DNA of 64,000 bases. Origin: Candidatus Bathyarchaeota archaeon. Lineage in GTDB: Archaea; Thermoproteota; Bathyarchaeia; 40CM-2-53-6. Numbering within the stretch: position 1 is the first letter of the stretch; every line of letters begins with the position of its first letter. The position numbers and the translations under genes are program-made. The stretch lies in assembly GCA_963726255.1 (NCBI GenBank), contig CAVSBL010000002.1, positions 1,792,001 to 1,856,000 of the forward strand, read 5' to 3'. The notes below the pieces were generated by a model. The model had not been told where the DNA came from. It did not search any database and was given only the letters and a program-made list of their open reading frames with translations. Below, piece after piece: positions 9,901 through 18,173 of the stretch.

Positions 9901-11816
9901 GTGGGAGAAAGATAGTAACCACCGGAGTGCACCAGTTTCCGATCCCTAACGGACAAGTCCTAAGCAAAGTAAGTGCCCATGAAGCACCAAGAGTTCTCGT
10001 GCCCAAGAAACTGCAAATCCCCTTGAAGGACATCGACTTCGTGGATTTACTAGACCTCGATGATCCAAACATAATGATACGCGGCTGTCGAACGGTTTTG
10101 GAGAAGGCGTTACTGAGGGAAGGCGGCTTGGCAAGAACCGCCGCGAAACTCGGCTTGACATTCAAAGCCCTCTCGAACTACGTATATCGCGACTCGGTTC
10201 CAAAATGGGTTTTCCAGAAACTCAGGCTACAGGTTCCGAAAAACGCCAAGATTGCTGCAAAGCGGGACACCGTGGAACTGCCACGCATGTTGCCAGTGAA
10301 TAGAGACTTCCTGACGCTTCTGGGAATCTACTGTTCTGAGGGCTATGCTAGCAAACGCGCCGAGGCCTATCAGGTCACCCTATGCAACAAGAAACTGGAG
10401 AAACACGTTGTAAGAATCGCAAAGAAACTCTTCGGAGTCAACGTTTGGGTCGGCAAGGATGAGCAAACGATAAGCTCACGTTTGGTCTACAAACTATTCA
10501 CGGAGTATCTCAAGTGCGGGAGCAGGGCGAGTGAAAAGAGAGTCCCGAACTTCGTATTTTCACTCCCGAAGACGAAAGTCAAACACTTCTTGCGAGCGTA
10601 CTTCGAAGGAGACGGAAGCGTTTCCATGGCCAGCACTCTCGAAGCCAATTGCACCTCCATAAACCCGCTTCTCCTTCGTGACGTAGAATTTCTGCTCTCA
10701 AGATTTGGAATCGAAACATCCTGGCAGCATGACAGGAGGGTTAATCGCGGGAATGGTGTAGTTGGGGCCTTCTACAAAGGGAAGGGAATGGAGCGCGTTG
10801 ACGACTCTTTCAAGTTGCGCATGTTCGCTGCAAACGCGAAAGCATTCTGCCAACAGATAGGTTTCTACAGTCAGAAGAAAAACGGCAAAGCAAAGAGATT
10901 GTCGTCGCGTAAGTTTAGGTCGAGAAGCCATCTCCTAGGCCAGACGAAAATTGAAAGGGTAAAGGAGGTAACCATTCGCAGAAACGAGGAACCCTTCTAC
11001 AACATAACCGTGGAGGACCACCACAACCTAGTGATCTCTGGTGTAACATCAAACAATTGTGACGGTGATGAAGATTCTGTCAGCTTAGCGTTGGATATTT
11101 TGTTGAATTTTTCTAGGCAGTTTCTGCCTTCGAGGATTGGGGGGATCATGGATGCGCCCCTCTTGTTGACGGCAACCATCAAGCCAAGTGAGATAGCACG
11201 CCAGGCCTTCAACCTCGAAACGGTCCAACGCCTTCCGTTGAAGTTCTTTGAGGAGACACAGATACGTTCGGACCCGAAGACACTAACGGCGTTAATCGAG
11301 ACGGTGCAGCAAAAGCTTGGCTCCGACGCCGTCCTGGGGTCACTTGGCTTCACTCATGAGACTCGTGACTTCAACAGCGGAAACTTGGAAAGCGTGTACA
11401 AGAAGCTGGGGTCCATGATTGACAAGGTGACCTTGCAGCTGAATCTGGCTGAGTCGGTGAAGGCGGTGGAGGCTGGTGAAATTGCGAAACGGGTTCTGTC
11501 GACACATTTCATGCGGGACTTAACCGGAAACCTGAGGGCGTTTGCGGGGCAGCGGTTCCGCTGCACGAAGTGTAATGCAAAGTTTCGAAGGGTCCCATTG
11601 AAGGGCGCGTGCCCGCGTTGCGGTGGCAAACTCTCACTAACCGTGTACAGGGGCAGCGTAGAAAAATACTTGACCGTGGCGCAGGACTTGGTCAAGAAGT
11701 ACAACCTAGGCAAATACCATGAACAACGCCTACTACTTCTACATGAAGAGATCAATTCACTGTTCAATGAACAGGAGGAGAAAAGGAAACAACCCACCCT
11801 CGCGCAGTTTGTCTGA
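6993..11816 (+). CDS. polC: DNA polymerase D large subunit (DP2), intein-containing
   Basis: 'EGVTAAPIEGI', 'YFAGPIRSAGGT', 'GFRLRYGRARNTG', 'RMGRPEKAK.R', zinc fingers, 'FKDGTIRFD', catalytic 'CDGDED', C-terminal CxxC motifs. Confidence 0.98.
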   Translation: MEASVLSEHDAYFQRLKDQLDRLYDLSRQARAKGFDPSPEPESLVTHDVAERVEKAVGPVGVASRIREHSRVMQRELVALKMAEEIALGKYGTGGEEAAEQAVRTASAILDEGVTAAPIEGISDVRIRTNQDGSKYLAVYFAGPIRSAGGTDMALILVITDYVRHQLGLGKYKATELEAKRFVEELRIYEREVARFQFKVSDEELFNAIMRLPVEVNGVETDPVEVSAYRNVPRVETNRVRGGALRVVHDGLIGRSHKVLKIVDSLGIEGWSWLREIKPPVAESEEAREFMFMEDVLAGRPIFSFPQFPGGFRLRYGRARNTGLAAIGVHPSTMIVLGKFIAVGTQLRLEKPGKAGIAATVDSIEPPIVKLKDGSVARLPDPKQAEKLLDSISKVLFLGDLLIGFGEFLENNRPLLPSGFVEEWWRELVRLEAANYGGLEAFAKHVDVNAAGLIEWADDSIGAVPTAEDALRIAKHSNIPLHPRYTYFWENIAPQDFDQLRSRLMDKAQTVASATRIVTRSEPLTKAILENLCFPHNVDHESIVIEAEAPILYECLGLSSPSKPLEGGDVFQKIAQASGIRVMKKAPVYVGARMGRPEKAKRREMRPLVHCLFPVGLGGGPRRSIVEAATEHAVISVEIAYRKCKCGNVTHLNFCERCGEKTTKVFVCPKCGAEGASKTCPNCRSTAHAYTERSVPIRDLLNLAERKLSLTVVPESVKGVRGLTNDAKAPEPLEKGLLRAKHDVSVFKDGTIRFDATNAPLTHFKPAEVGVEVEKLQALGYSVDMNGEPLKSAEQCCNLKVHDIIVTEQCGDYFVRVAKFLDELLQTFYGLPPFYQARTRQDIVGQLVVGLSPHTSVGVIGRIVGFTRASVCLAHPFWHATKRRDCFSGKETLPVYDGKEWRILPIQELVEDKLRTCKSREYPFGEVVAEDRSLQTLALNPHTMRYDLKRVIAYSRHPAQNHVVELVTKSGRKIVTTGVHQFPIPNGQVLSKVSAHEAPRVLVPKKLQIPLKDIDFVDLLDLDDPNIMIRGCRTVLEKALLREGGLARTAAKLGLTFKALSNYVYRDSVPKWVFQKLRLQVPKNAKIAAKRDTVELPRMLPVNRDFLTLLGIYCSEGYASKRAEAYQVTLCNKKLEKHVVRIAKKLFGVNVWVGKDEQTISSRLVYKLFTEYLKCGSRASEKRVPNFVFSLPKTKVKHFLRAYFEGDGSVSMASTLEANCTSINPLLLRDVEFLLSRFGIETSWQHDRRVNRGNGVVGAFYKGKGMERVDDSFKLRMFAANAKAFCQQIGFYSQKKNGKAKRLSSRKFRSRSHLLGQTKIERVKEVTIRRNEEPFYNITVEDHHNLVISGVTSNNCDGDEDSVSLALDILLNFSRQFLPSRIGGIMDAPLLLTATIKPSEIARQAFNLETVQRLPLKFFEETQIRSDPKTLTALIETVQQKLGSDAVLGSLGFTHETRDFNSGNLESVYKKLGSMIDKVTLQLNLAESVKAVEAGEIAKRVLSTHFMRDLTGNLRAFAGQRFRCTKCNAKFRRVPLKGACPRCGGKLSLTVYRGSVEKYLTVAQDLVKKYNLGKYHEQRLLLLHEEINSLFNEQEEKRKQPTLAQFV
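9648..11057 (+). mobile_element. Intein (470 aa) with LAGLIDADG homing endonuclease in polC
   Basis: Interrupts HATKRRD|CDGDED. Starts CFSGKET, block B 'TTGVHQF', LAGLIDADG-like LLGIYCSEG and FLRAYFEGDG, block F 'FYNITVEDHHNLV', ends ...TSNN before the +1 Cys. Confidence 0.95.
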
Positions 11817-11825
11817 GATGATAAC

Positions 11826-12098
11826 ATGCCAAAGGCCCCCGCACTTCATCCAAAAGCCTACCTAACGTTGAAGAGGAACGTCAAAGCCGGATTGATGTCC
11901 AGGTCAAAAATCCTAGTCGTTCTTGAAAGGGAACGGAAGAGCGCCAGTGGCATAGCGAAAGAAGCTGCGCTCTCATACGAGTGCGTGGCTTACCATCTGA
12001 AGGCGTTAAGAAAAGAAAGGCTAGTTGACAGGCTAACTAAGACACGGCCGTTCACGTGGGGACTCACCCCATTCGGCCAACAGAAACTGCCAACGTAA
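11826..12098 (+). CDS. ArsR-like wHTH protein
   Basis: 'SRSKIL..L......ASGIAKEAALSYECVAYHLKALRKERLV'. Confidence 0.8.
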   Translation: MPKAPALHPKAYLTLKRNVKAGLMSRSKILVVLERERKSASGIAKEAALSYECVAYHLKALRKERLVDRLTKTRPFTWGLTPFGQQKLPT

Positions 12099-12175
12099 CC
12101 ACGGCCTTTTCACAAACACACTAATTACAAGCCTTCCCCTACTTCTTCCAAGAAACTCAGCCCCGGCGATATGAA

Positions 12176-12943
12176 ATGCAAACGGAGGTTAGGTACTCTC
12201 AACAACCGCAACTCAGCAAACCTGTAATGGTTTGCGGCCTGCCAGGAATCGGGTCCGTGGCCTGGCTTGCGGTCAGCCACCTGTTAAAGGAATTGAAGGC
12301 AGAGCTTTTCGCGGAAGTCTTTTCTCCCATGTTTTCGCCGAAGGTGTGGCTTACAGACGAGGGAGTGGTGCAATTGATGAAAGGAGAATTTCATTTCTGG
12401 AAAAACAACGGTGGCGGAACGGATTTGTTATTGTTTTCGGCAAATGAGCAACCGTACTCACCAGAGGGGCAGTATGAGCTGGCTGAAGTTGTTTTGGAAA
12501 TGGCGCAGAAGTTCGCTGTGAAAAGAGTCATCACGATGGGTGGGATGGCCACAGAAAGGTTCACCGAGCAACCAAAAGTGTACGTGGGCGGCACGGATGT
12601 GCAACAGGTAAAGGAATTGGAGGAGTATGGCGCCGTTAAACTTGCGGGGGGCGCAATAACGGGGACAAACGGCCTAATTTTCGGGCTTGCAAAACCAAGA
12701 AAGATACCTGCTATCTGCCTGCTCGCGGAAACTCCCGGTTACCTAACACTGGACGCCAACGCTGCGAAAGCGGCTTTGCAACTCGCCTCTAAGCTGCTGA
12801 ACATCTCAATGGACCTGTCGGCGTTGGAAAAACAGGCCAAGGAGAACGTTGACGCAGTGAAACGTGCGAAGGATCTGTCCCGCGGAGCTTTCCCACCTGA
12901 AGCTAAGAAAGGCGGCGAAAGAGAACTCCCGTACGTAAGCTGA
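12176..12943 (+). CDS. PAC2-family proteasome assembly chaperone
   Basis: 'GLPGIGSV', 'ITMGG', 'ITGTNGLIFG', 'CLLAETPGY..D..AA'. Confidence 0.9.
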   Translation: MQTEVRYSQQPQLSKPVMVCGLPGIGSVAWLAVSHLLKELKAELFAEVFSPMFSPKVWLTDEGVVQLMKGEFHFWKNNGGGTDLLLFSANEQPYSPEGQYELAEVVLEMAQKFAVKRVITMGGMATERFTEQPKVYVGGTDVQQVKELEEYGAVKLAGGAITGTNGLIFGLAKPRKIPAICLLAETPGYLTLDANAAKAALQLASKLLNISMDLSALEKQAKENVDAVKRAKDLSRGAFPPEAKKGGERELPYVS

Positions 12944-12960
12944 CGCGCCCAGGGCTCCAA

Positions 12961-13122
12961 ATGAAAGTAATGTGCAACCAATGCGGTAAAGTGCTCGACC
13001 TTATGGGCTCAACGTCCTTTGCAGTAGAAGAATCTGGCCAACTGAAAACATACTACTTTTGCACTGATGAGCACATGACGGATTTCGCCCAGAAGAAAGG
13101 GCTGCCTTTAGGGAAGGATTAA
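12961..13122 (+). CDS. Small TRASH/YHS-like metal-binding protein (53 aa), absent from the ORF track
   Basis: MKVMCNQCGKVLDLMGSTSFAVEESGQLKTYYFCTDEHMTDFAQKKGLPLGKD*; CxxC...YYFC...H; fits the gap between co-oriented genes. Confidence 0.75.
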   Translation: MKVMCNQCGKVLDLMGSTSFAVEESGQLKTYYFCTDEHMTDFAQKKGLPLGKD

Positions 13123-13165
13123 CTGCTCGCTCAACGCCATAGTCCCCGTAAGGGTGGATTATGGT

Positions 13166-13462
13166 ATGTCGGCTTCCGACGAACTGAAGTCCGCCTCCAC
13201 AACTTTCGCTGCGTTAGGTAATAGTGTCCGGCTTCGCATTCTACTGATGCTCATGGATAGTAGGAAACCCTTGCACATTACTGCAGTCGCGAGCAACTTG
13301 AAGATGGATTATGGCGGAATTTACAGGCATGTAGAGGTTCTACGAGACGCAGGCCTTCTACAAGTCTATGAAGTGGGCAGGTCGAGAGTTCTCTCCCCCC
13401 TGAACGCAGATCTTCTGCGTGACCTCGTTTCGAAAGCGAAAAGCTTTAGTAAAAAGCGATAA
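13166..13462 (+). CDS. ArsR/SmtB family transcriptional regulator
   Basis: 'FAALGNSVRLRIL..L', 'IYRHVEVLRDAGLL'. Confidence 0.85.
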   Translation: MSASDELKSASTTFAALGNSVRLRILLMLMDSRKPLHITAVASNLKMDYGGIYRHVEVLRDAGLLQVYEVGRSRVLSPLNADLLRDLVSKAKSFSKKR

Positions 13463-13470
13463 TTTAAGGC

Positions 13471-13537
13471 CATAATGGACATGTAGTTATGATTATTTAG
13501 TAAAATTGTCATAATGTAAAGGTTAAGTAGTTGTGAC
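13471..13537. promoter_or_regulatory. Putative operator/promoter upstream of the ECF-cofDC genes
   Basis: AT-rich gap with two copies of CATAATG...GTAGTTRTGA (13471-13492, 13510-13536), each partly self-complementary. Confidence 0.35.
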
Positions 13538-13555
13538 TTATCGTGCGCACAATCT

Positions 13556-14251
13556 GTGGTTTCCTTGGCGCAAGCATTGTTTGCCAGACGAAGCGTGGCT
13601 TTGACTGGCGCTGCCGTGTTCGGGAGCTTGGCGGCTCTCACAACAATGGTGCTTCCAGCCAATATACAGCCCGCATTCCCACTATTGCCGTTCCTCCGTT
13701 TCGACCCGGCTGAATTATTCTCCGTCCTAGCCTTCTTGATCTTTGGCCCAATCCCAGCGCTGATAACCGCCACCGTTCACTGGGCAATTCTTGCAGAAAC
13801 TGGGACTAACGGCATCCTGGGCCCGACGGGGAAGTTCGCCGCAGTCTTGTCGACGCTGTTGGGGCTGTGGTTAGGGAGTATGGCTTACCGGCGAATTGCA
13901 CATAGAAGCACGCACACCTCTGTGGCCCTAGGCACGATGCTGGGCTTTGCAGCCTTGGCTCGTGTTGGCCTAATGCTCGTCCTCAACTACTTCATTTTCA
14001 CGTATATTGGGCCAGTTATTTTTGGAATCGATTACCTCGGCTTCAGCCAAAAGTCGCTTGCCGCGGTAGGGATGCAGTTCGCGAACCCATGGCAAGTGCT
14101 CTGGGCGATGCTCTTCTTCACCAGTATCTTCAACGGGTTGCACGCGGCCTTCTCTGTGGTCATCCCGTGCATGATTTTCACGCCTTTGAGTTTGAAGGTC
14201 CCTGAGATCGCTTCAGGTCATCCCTGGATTAGCAAGTTTACGTCCCATTAG
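13556..14251 (+). CDS. ECF transporter S component (RibU-like)
   Basis: 'FPLLPFLRFDPAEL...LAFLIFGP..A' S-component signature; about 6 TM helices. Confidence 0.8.
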   Translation: MVSLAQALFARRSVALTGAAVFGSLAALTTMVLPANIQPAFPLLPFLRFDPAELFSVLAFLIFGPIPALITATVHWAILAETGTNGILGPTGKFAAVLSTLLGLWLGSMAYRRIAHRSTHTSVALGTMLGFAALARVGLMLVLNYFIFTYIGPVIFGIDYLGFSQKSLAAVGMQFANPWQVLWAMLFFTSIFNGLHAAFSVVIPCMIFTPLSLKVPEIASGHPWISKFTSH

Positions 14252-14287
14252 AGAAACGCTCCCGACTGCAAATACACGGTCCTCTTC

Positions 14288-15214
14288 TTGATCGTAGCCC
14301 TAGCTGGAGGAGTAGGAGCAGCCAGATTCCTCGAAGGCTTGATTCGGGTAGTTCCGCAGAAAGAAATCACGATCATAGGTAACGTTGGAGACGACACAAA
14401 CATTTACGGCCTCCACGTATCCCCAGACTTGGACATCGTCACCTACACGCTCGCTGGCCTTGTCGACGCGCAGAAGGGGTGGGGTTTTCGTGGCGACACC
14501 TTTCACTGCCAAGCCCTACTTCGAAAGTATGGGTTCGAAACCTGGTTCAACCTCGGTGACCGAGACCTATCTACGCACATCTACCGCACGGAAGAACTTC
14601 GCCGGGGAAGACGGCTGTCGGAAGTAACAGCAGACTTGGTTTCACGTTTCGGTCTTCGAGTAAAACTGCTCCCTGCAAGCGACGACCCGCTCCAAACATA
14701 CGTTCGTTCCGGCGGGCGCCAAATGCACTTTCAAGAATACATGGTAAAACGAAAGACAAGGCCAACGGTTCAAGGAATCAGTTTCCGGGGGGCTGAATCC
14801 GCTCGGCCGGCAAAACACGTTACGGAATCAATTGGTAGAGCAAAAGGTATCGTTGTTTGCCCGAGTAACCCGATTGTTAGCATCGGCGCAATCCTAGCCG
14901 TTCGCAAGATCAAATCCGCACTGAAGAAGACCCGGGCAAAGGTTGTCGGGATCAGCCCAATCGTGGGCGGCAAAACTGTGAAAGGGCCAGCTGACAAACT
15001 GATGAAAGCGGTCGGGATTGAGGCGAGTGCATTTGGCGTAGCCAAGTGTTACAGCGACTTCTTAGACACGCTCATAATTGACCGCGTTGACAGGGCACTC
15101 GCACAGGATATTGAGGCTCTGGGAGTCAAACCGATCGTGATGAACACCCTGATGAGAGGATTGGCTGACAAGGTACGATTGGCAAGAGCCGTCAAAAGTG
15201 AATTCGAAGATTGA
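14288..15214 (+). CDS. cofD: 2-phospho-L-lactate transferase (F420 biosynthesis)
   Basis: 'LAGGVGAARFL.G', 'NVGDD', 'VSPDLD', 'WFNLGDRD', 'HFQEY', 'PSNPIVSI', 'VKGPADKLM'. Confidence 0.95.
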   Translation: MIVALAGGVGAARFLEGLIRVVPQKEITIIGNVGDDTNIYGLHVSPDLDIVTYTLAGLVDAQKGWGFRGDTFHCQALLRKYGFETWFNLGDRDLSTHIYRTEELRRGRRLSEVTADLVSRFGLRVKLLPASDDPLQTYVRSGGRQMHFQEYMVKRKTRPTVQGISFRGAESARPAKHVTESIGRAKGIVVCPSNPIVSIGAILAVRKIKSALKKTRAKVVGISPIVGGKTVKGPADKLMKAVGIEASAFGVAKCYSDFLDTLIIDRVDRALAQDIEALGVKPIVMNTLMRGLADKVRLARAVKSEFED

Positions 15215-15912
15215 AGAGACAGCCACGTCGAGGCGGACGCATACATGCGATAGTTCCTGTGAATGTTCTTAGGAAGTCCAAGGCTCGCCTTTCCCCACTA
15301 CTGAACCCTGTCGAGAGGGAGCAGTTAACTGTCGCAATGTTGAAGGACGTTCTCAGCGCCTTGAGAAAGGCGAAGAGGATTCATTCCGTAACAGTTGTGA
15401 GCGCCGATACGAGCGTGCGTAGAATTTGCAGGCGTTACGGGGCCAGTTTTCTATGGGAGGGGAAGCGGCGCGGCCTCAATAGGGGTGTCAAATTAGCTGT
15501 TAGTAATTCTGAACGAAGGGGCGCCTTGTCCGTCCTCGTGATTCATTCGGACCTTCCACTTCTCAAATCTTTGGAAATTGACATGTTCCTTAGGCGGTCC
15601 CAAGGGTACTCTGTGGCGCTCACCCCTTCCAAAGACCGCAACGGAACCAACGCCCTGCTCATGACTCCCCCCCATGTCATCCGCCCGGTTTTTGGGAGAG
15701 ACAGCTTCCGAAGGCACCTACGGCTTGCTAGGCAGAGGAACGTACGAAGCAAGGTGTTGCGGTTCAAGGGAATTGGCTTCGATGTTGACACGCCCCGTGA
15801 TCTCGTTCACTTAATGCATGTGCCGTTGCGAAATGAGTCAGGCCGATTCCTGCGGGCATTTCGCGAACGGGTCAGTGAATTACTGAGAGGTATTCAGGGC
15901 AAAGGAATTTAG
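15211..15912 (+). CDS. cofC: 2-phospho-L-lactate guanylyltransferase
   Basis: 'AIVPV....KSKARLSP.L', 'AMLKDVL', 'SDLPLL', 'GTNALL', 'FG..SF..H', 'DVDTP.DL'; follows cofD. Confidence 0.92.
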   Translation: MKRQPRRGGRIHAIVPVNVLRKSKARLSPLLNPVEREQLTVAMLKDVLSALRKAKRIHSVTVVSADTSVRRICRRYGASFLWEGKRRGLNRGVKLAVSNSERRGALSVLVIHSDLPLLKSLEIDMFLRRSQGYSVALTPSKDRNGTNALLMTPPHVIRPVFGRDSFRRHLRLARQRNVRSKVLRFKGIGFDVDTPRDLVHLMHVPLRNESGRFLRAFRERVSELLRGIQGKGI

Positions 15913-15937
15913 ATGCAGCTGGCTGTGCTTGGTTGGG

Positions 15938-17294
15938 GTGTTTGGTTTAACATCGCCTAAGGAAAGCCACGATAAAGTGCTGCAACTGCTTGAGCAGCAT
16001 CATAAGTGGTTTTCAGAATCGATTCCGTTGATCGCATCGGAGAACGTTCCCAGCCCCGCGGTTCGCGAAGCTATCGTTTCGGATTTCGGGAACCGTTACG
16101 CGGAATAGGCCTAAGCCGAGCTTAGGCCTCCGTAGGGATGGGTCGGGGAACGCATATACGCGGGCTGCGTATACATCGACCAGGTTGAGAGGCTCTGCAT
16201 AGACCTAGCAAAGGAACTATTCCACGCTGAATTCGCGGACGTTAGGCCCGTCTCTGGAGTTTGCGCAAACCTAGTGGTTTACACCACCTTCACAAACCCA
16301 GGCGACCGCATGCTCACTTTAGCCATACCGAACGGCGGCCACATCTCGAGTGGGCGGAAGGATTTCTCGGGAACTGCGGGCTCGGTCCACGGCTTGGAGG
16401 TAGAGTACTTTCCCTTTGACCGTCACGAAATGAACATCGACGTGGACAAGGCCAAAGCCAAGATCGAGAAGATGGCGAAGGAGGAAAACGAACCGCCCAA
16501 ACTTGGAATGTTCGGGGGAAGCCTCTTCCTCTTTCCGCAGCCTATCAAAGAGCTCGCCGAGTCATTACATAATGTTGGTGCAACCGTCGCCTATGATGCA
16601 GCGCATGTTGCCGGGCTCATTGCCGGAGGCATCTTCCAAGACCCGCTCAGGGAAGGCGCTGATGTAGTATGCCTGAGCACCCATAAGACGCTCTTCGGCC
16701 CGCAAGGAGGCGCGGTACTCTCCTTCGAAAAGTACGGAGCAAATCAAGAAGGCAACTTTTCCATCAAACACGAGCAACCACCACCTGCATCACCTAGCTG
16801 GAAAAGCGGTTGCTTTCGCGGAAATGTTAGAATTCGGAAAACAGTACGCTCGGCAAGTCGTGGCCAACGCCAAAGCCTTGGGCCAAGCGTTGCATGAACG
16901 GGGCTTTGCCCTACTGGGCGAGCACAAAGGTTTCACTGAGTCGCATCAAATCGCAGTTGACGTATCCAAGTTCGCTTTGGGCGGAGATATGGAAAGAGCA
17001 CTTGAAAGCGCCAACATAATCGTCAACCGCCAACTACTCCCCGGCGACATACAGGCCGGAAGGCACTACCAAAACCCAGGGGGCATACGCATCGGGACCT
17101 CGGAAATCACCCGCCTCGGGATGAAAGAAAACGAAATGGTGGAAGTAGCTGAGCTAATCAAACGAATCGTGATCGACAAGCAGGATCCAAAGAAAATCAA
17201 AGCCGACGTAACAGAGTTCAGAAAAGATTTCCAGAAGGTTCACTACTGCTTCGAAAACGCAAAGAAAGCCTACGAATACATCAGAATACGTTAG
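15938..17294 (+). CDS. glyA: Serine hydroxymethyltransferase, split by a 30-nt candidate intron (16106-16135) and a frameshift at about 16736
   Basis: Hand translation: 'IPLIASEN', 'GNRYAE|GWVGERIYAGC', 'RPVSG..AN', 'GGHIS', 'YDAAHVAGL', PLP lysine 'STHKTLFGPQGG', 'FPSNTSNHHLHH', 'GIRIGTSEITRLG'. Start uncertain (GTG 15938). Confidence 0.93.
16106..16135 (+). other. Candidate bulge-helix-bulge (BHB/BHL) intron in glyA mRNA
   Basis: TAGGCCTAAGCCGAGCTTAGGCCTCCGTAG: 10-bp hairpin (16107-16116/16120-16129), central helix GCGG/CCGU (16100-16103/16130-16133), bulges AAU and AGG. Carries 3 in-frame stops; removal restores YAEGW. Confidence 0.8.
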
Positions 17295-17310
17295 CCTATA
17301 GGGCTGGGGA

Positions 17311-18093
17311 TTACCAACGGATCATAAAGTCACCGTAATAACCGGCGCAAGCAGCGGCATAGGTGCCGCCTTGGCTAAGGAACTTGGCTCCAGAGGCCAC
17401 CGGTTGGTGCTCGCGGCCCGTCGAGAGAAGGAACTGAAAGAAGTAGCGTCCCATGCTGGGCCTGAAGCGGTGCCGATTGTTGTGGACGTTACCCGGCGGC
17501 AGGATGTCGAACGTTTGCGTGATGTTGCGATAGAGAAATTCGGTTACGTTGACGTTTGGGTGAACAATGCAGGCCGCGGCTCAGGGAAGACGGTTGTGGA
17601 GTTGACGGAGGAGGAATTGGATGAGATGATTGACGTTAACTTGAAATCTGTTTTCTACGGGATGAAGGCCATCGTCCCATATTTTGAGAAGAGGGGCGAG
17701 GGGCATCTGATCAACGTTTCATCCTTTCTCGGCAGGGTTCCTTTGGCAACGTACCGTTCCGCGTACAATGCGGCTAAGGCAGGCGCAAATTCCCTAACCG
17801 CCAATTTGCGTATGGACCTTAGGGCGAAGTATCCAAAGGTGCATGTTTCGCTGGTGTTGGCGGGGTTTGTCGATACTGACTTTCACAAAGTCGCCCGCAC
17901 ACCTTTCCCAGTGAAGGCGGGGGCCCGCGTTGGGGATGCGGTTGTTCAGTCAGCTGAAGAGGCCGCCAAGCAGATTGCTTCACTAATAGACCATCCAACC
18001 GCCGAACTCTACACAAACCCAGGCCTCAGAGATCTTACCCTACATTACTATCAAGACGTGGGCGCGTTCGAAGAAAAAATGGGCCAAAGATAG
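17311..18093 (+). CDS. Short-chain dehydrogenase/reductase
   Basis: Rossmann motif 'VITGASSGIG' lies upstream of the tracked start at 17371; 'VNNAG', catalytic YNAAK. True start codon unclear. Confidence 0.85.
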   Translation, partial: LPTDHKVTVITGASSGIGAALAKELGSRGHRLVLAARREKELKEVASHAGPEAVPIVVDVTRRQDVERLRDVAIEKFGYVDVWVNNAGRGSGKTVVELTEEELDEMIDVNLKSVFYGMKAIVPYFEKRGEGHLINVSSFLGRVPLATYRSAYNAAKAGANSLTANLRMDLRAKYPKVHVSLVLAGFVDTDFHKVARTPFPVKAGARVGDAVVQSAEEAAKQIASLIDHPTAELYTNPGLRDLTLHYYQDVGAFEEKMGQR

Positions 18094-18173
18094 TTCCTGA
18101 ATGTGTGGACTTCGCGGTGAGTACCGTCACGAAAAACTAAACCCAGACTACGCTAGAATCTTAGCCGGTATCG

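Noticed and set aside
7061-11827. Long antisense ORFs within polC (and similar shadow ORFs throughout the window)
   Set aside because: Fully overlap well-supported genes on the opposite strand and carry no recognisable motifs.
16730-16742. Programmed frameshift in glyA (TAC G GAG CAA)
   Set aside because: No slippery heptamer or hairpin; a 2-nt loss (e.g. from TAC GCG GAG) explains it. Similar small indels elsewhere suggest sequencing error, which only reads can confirm.
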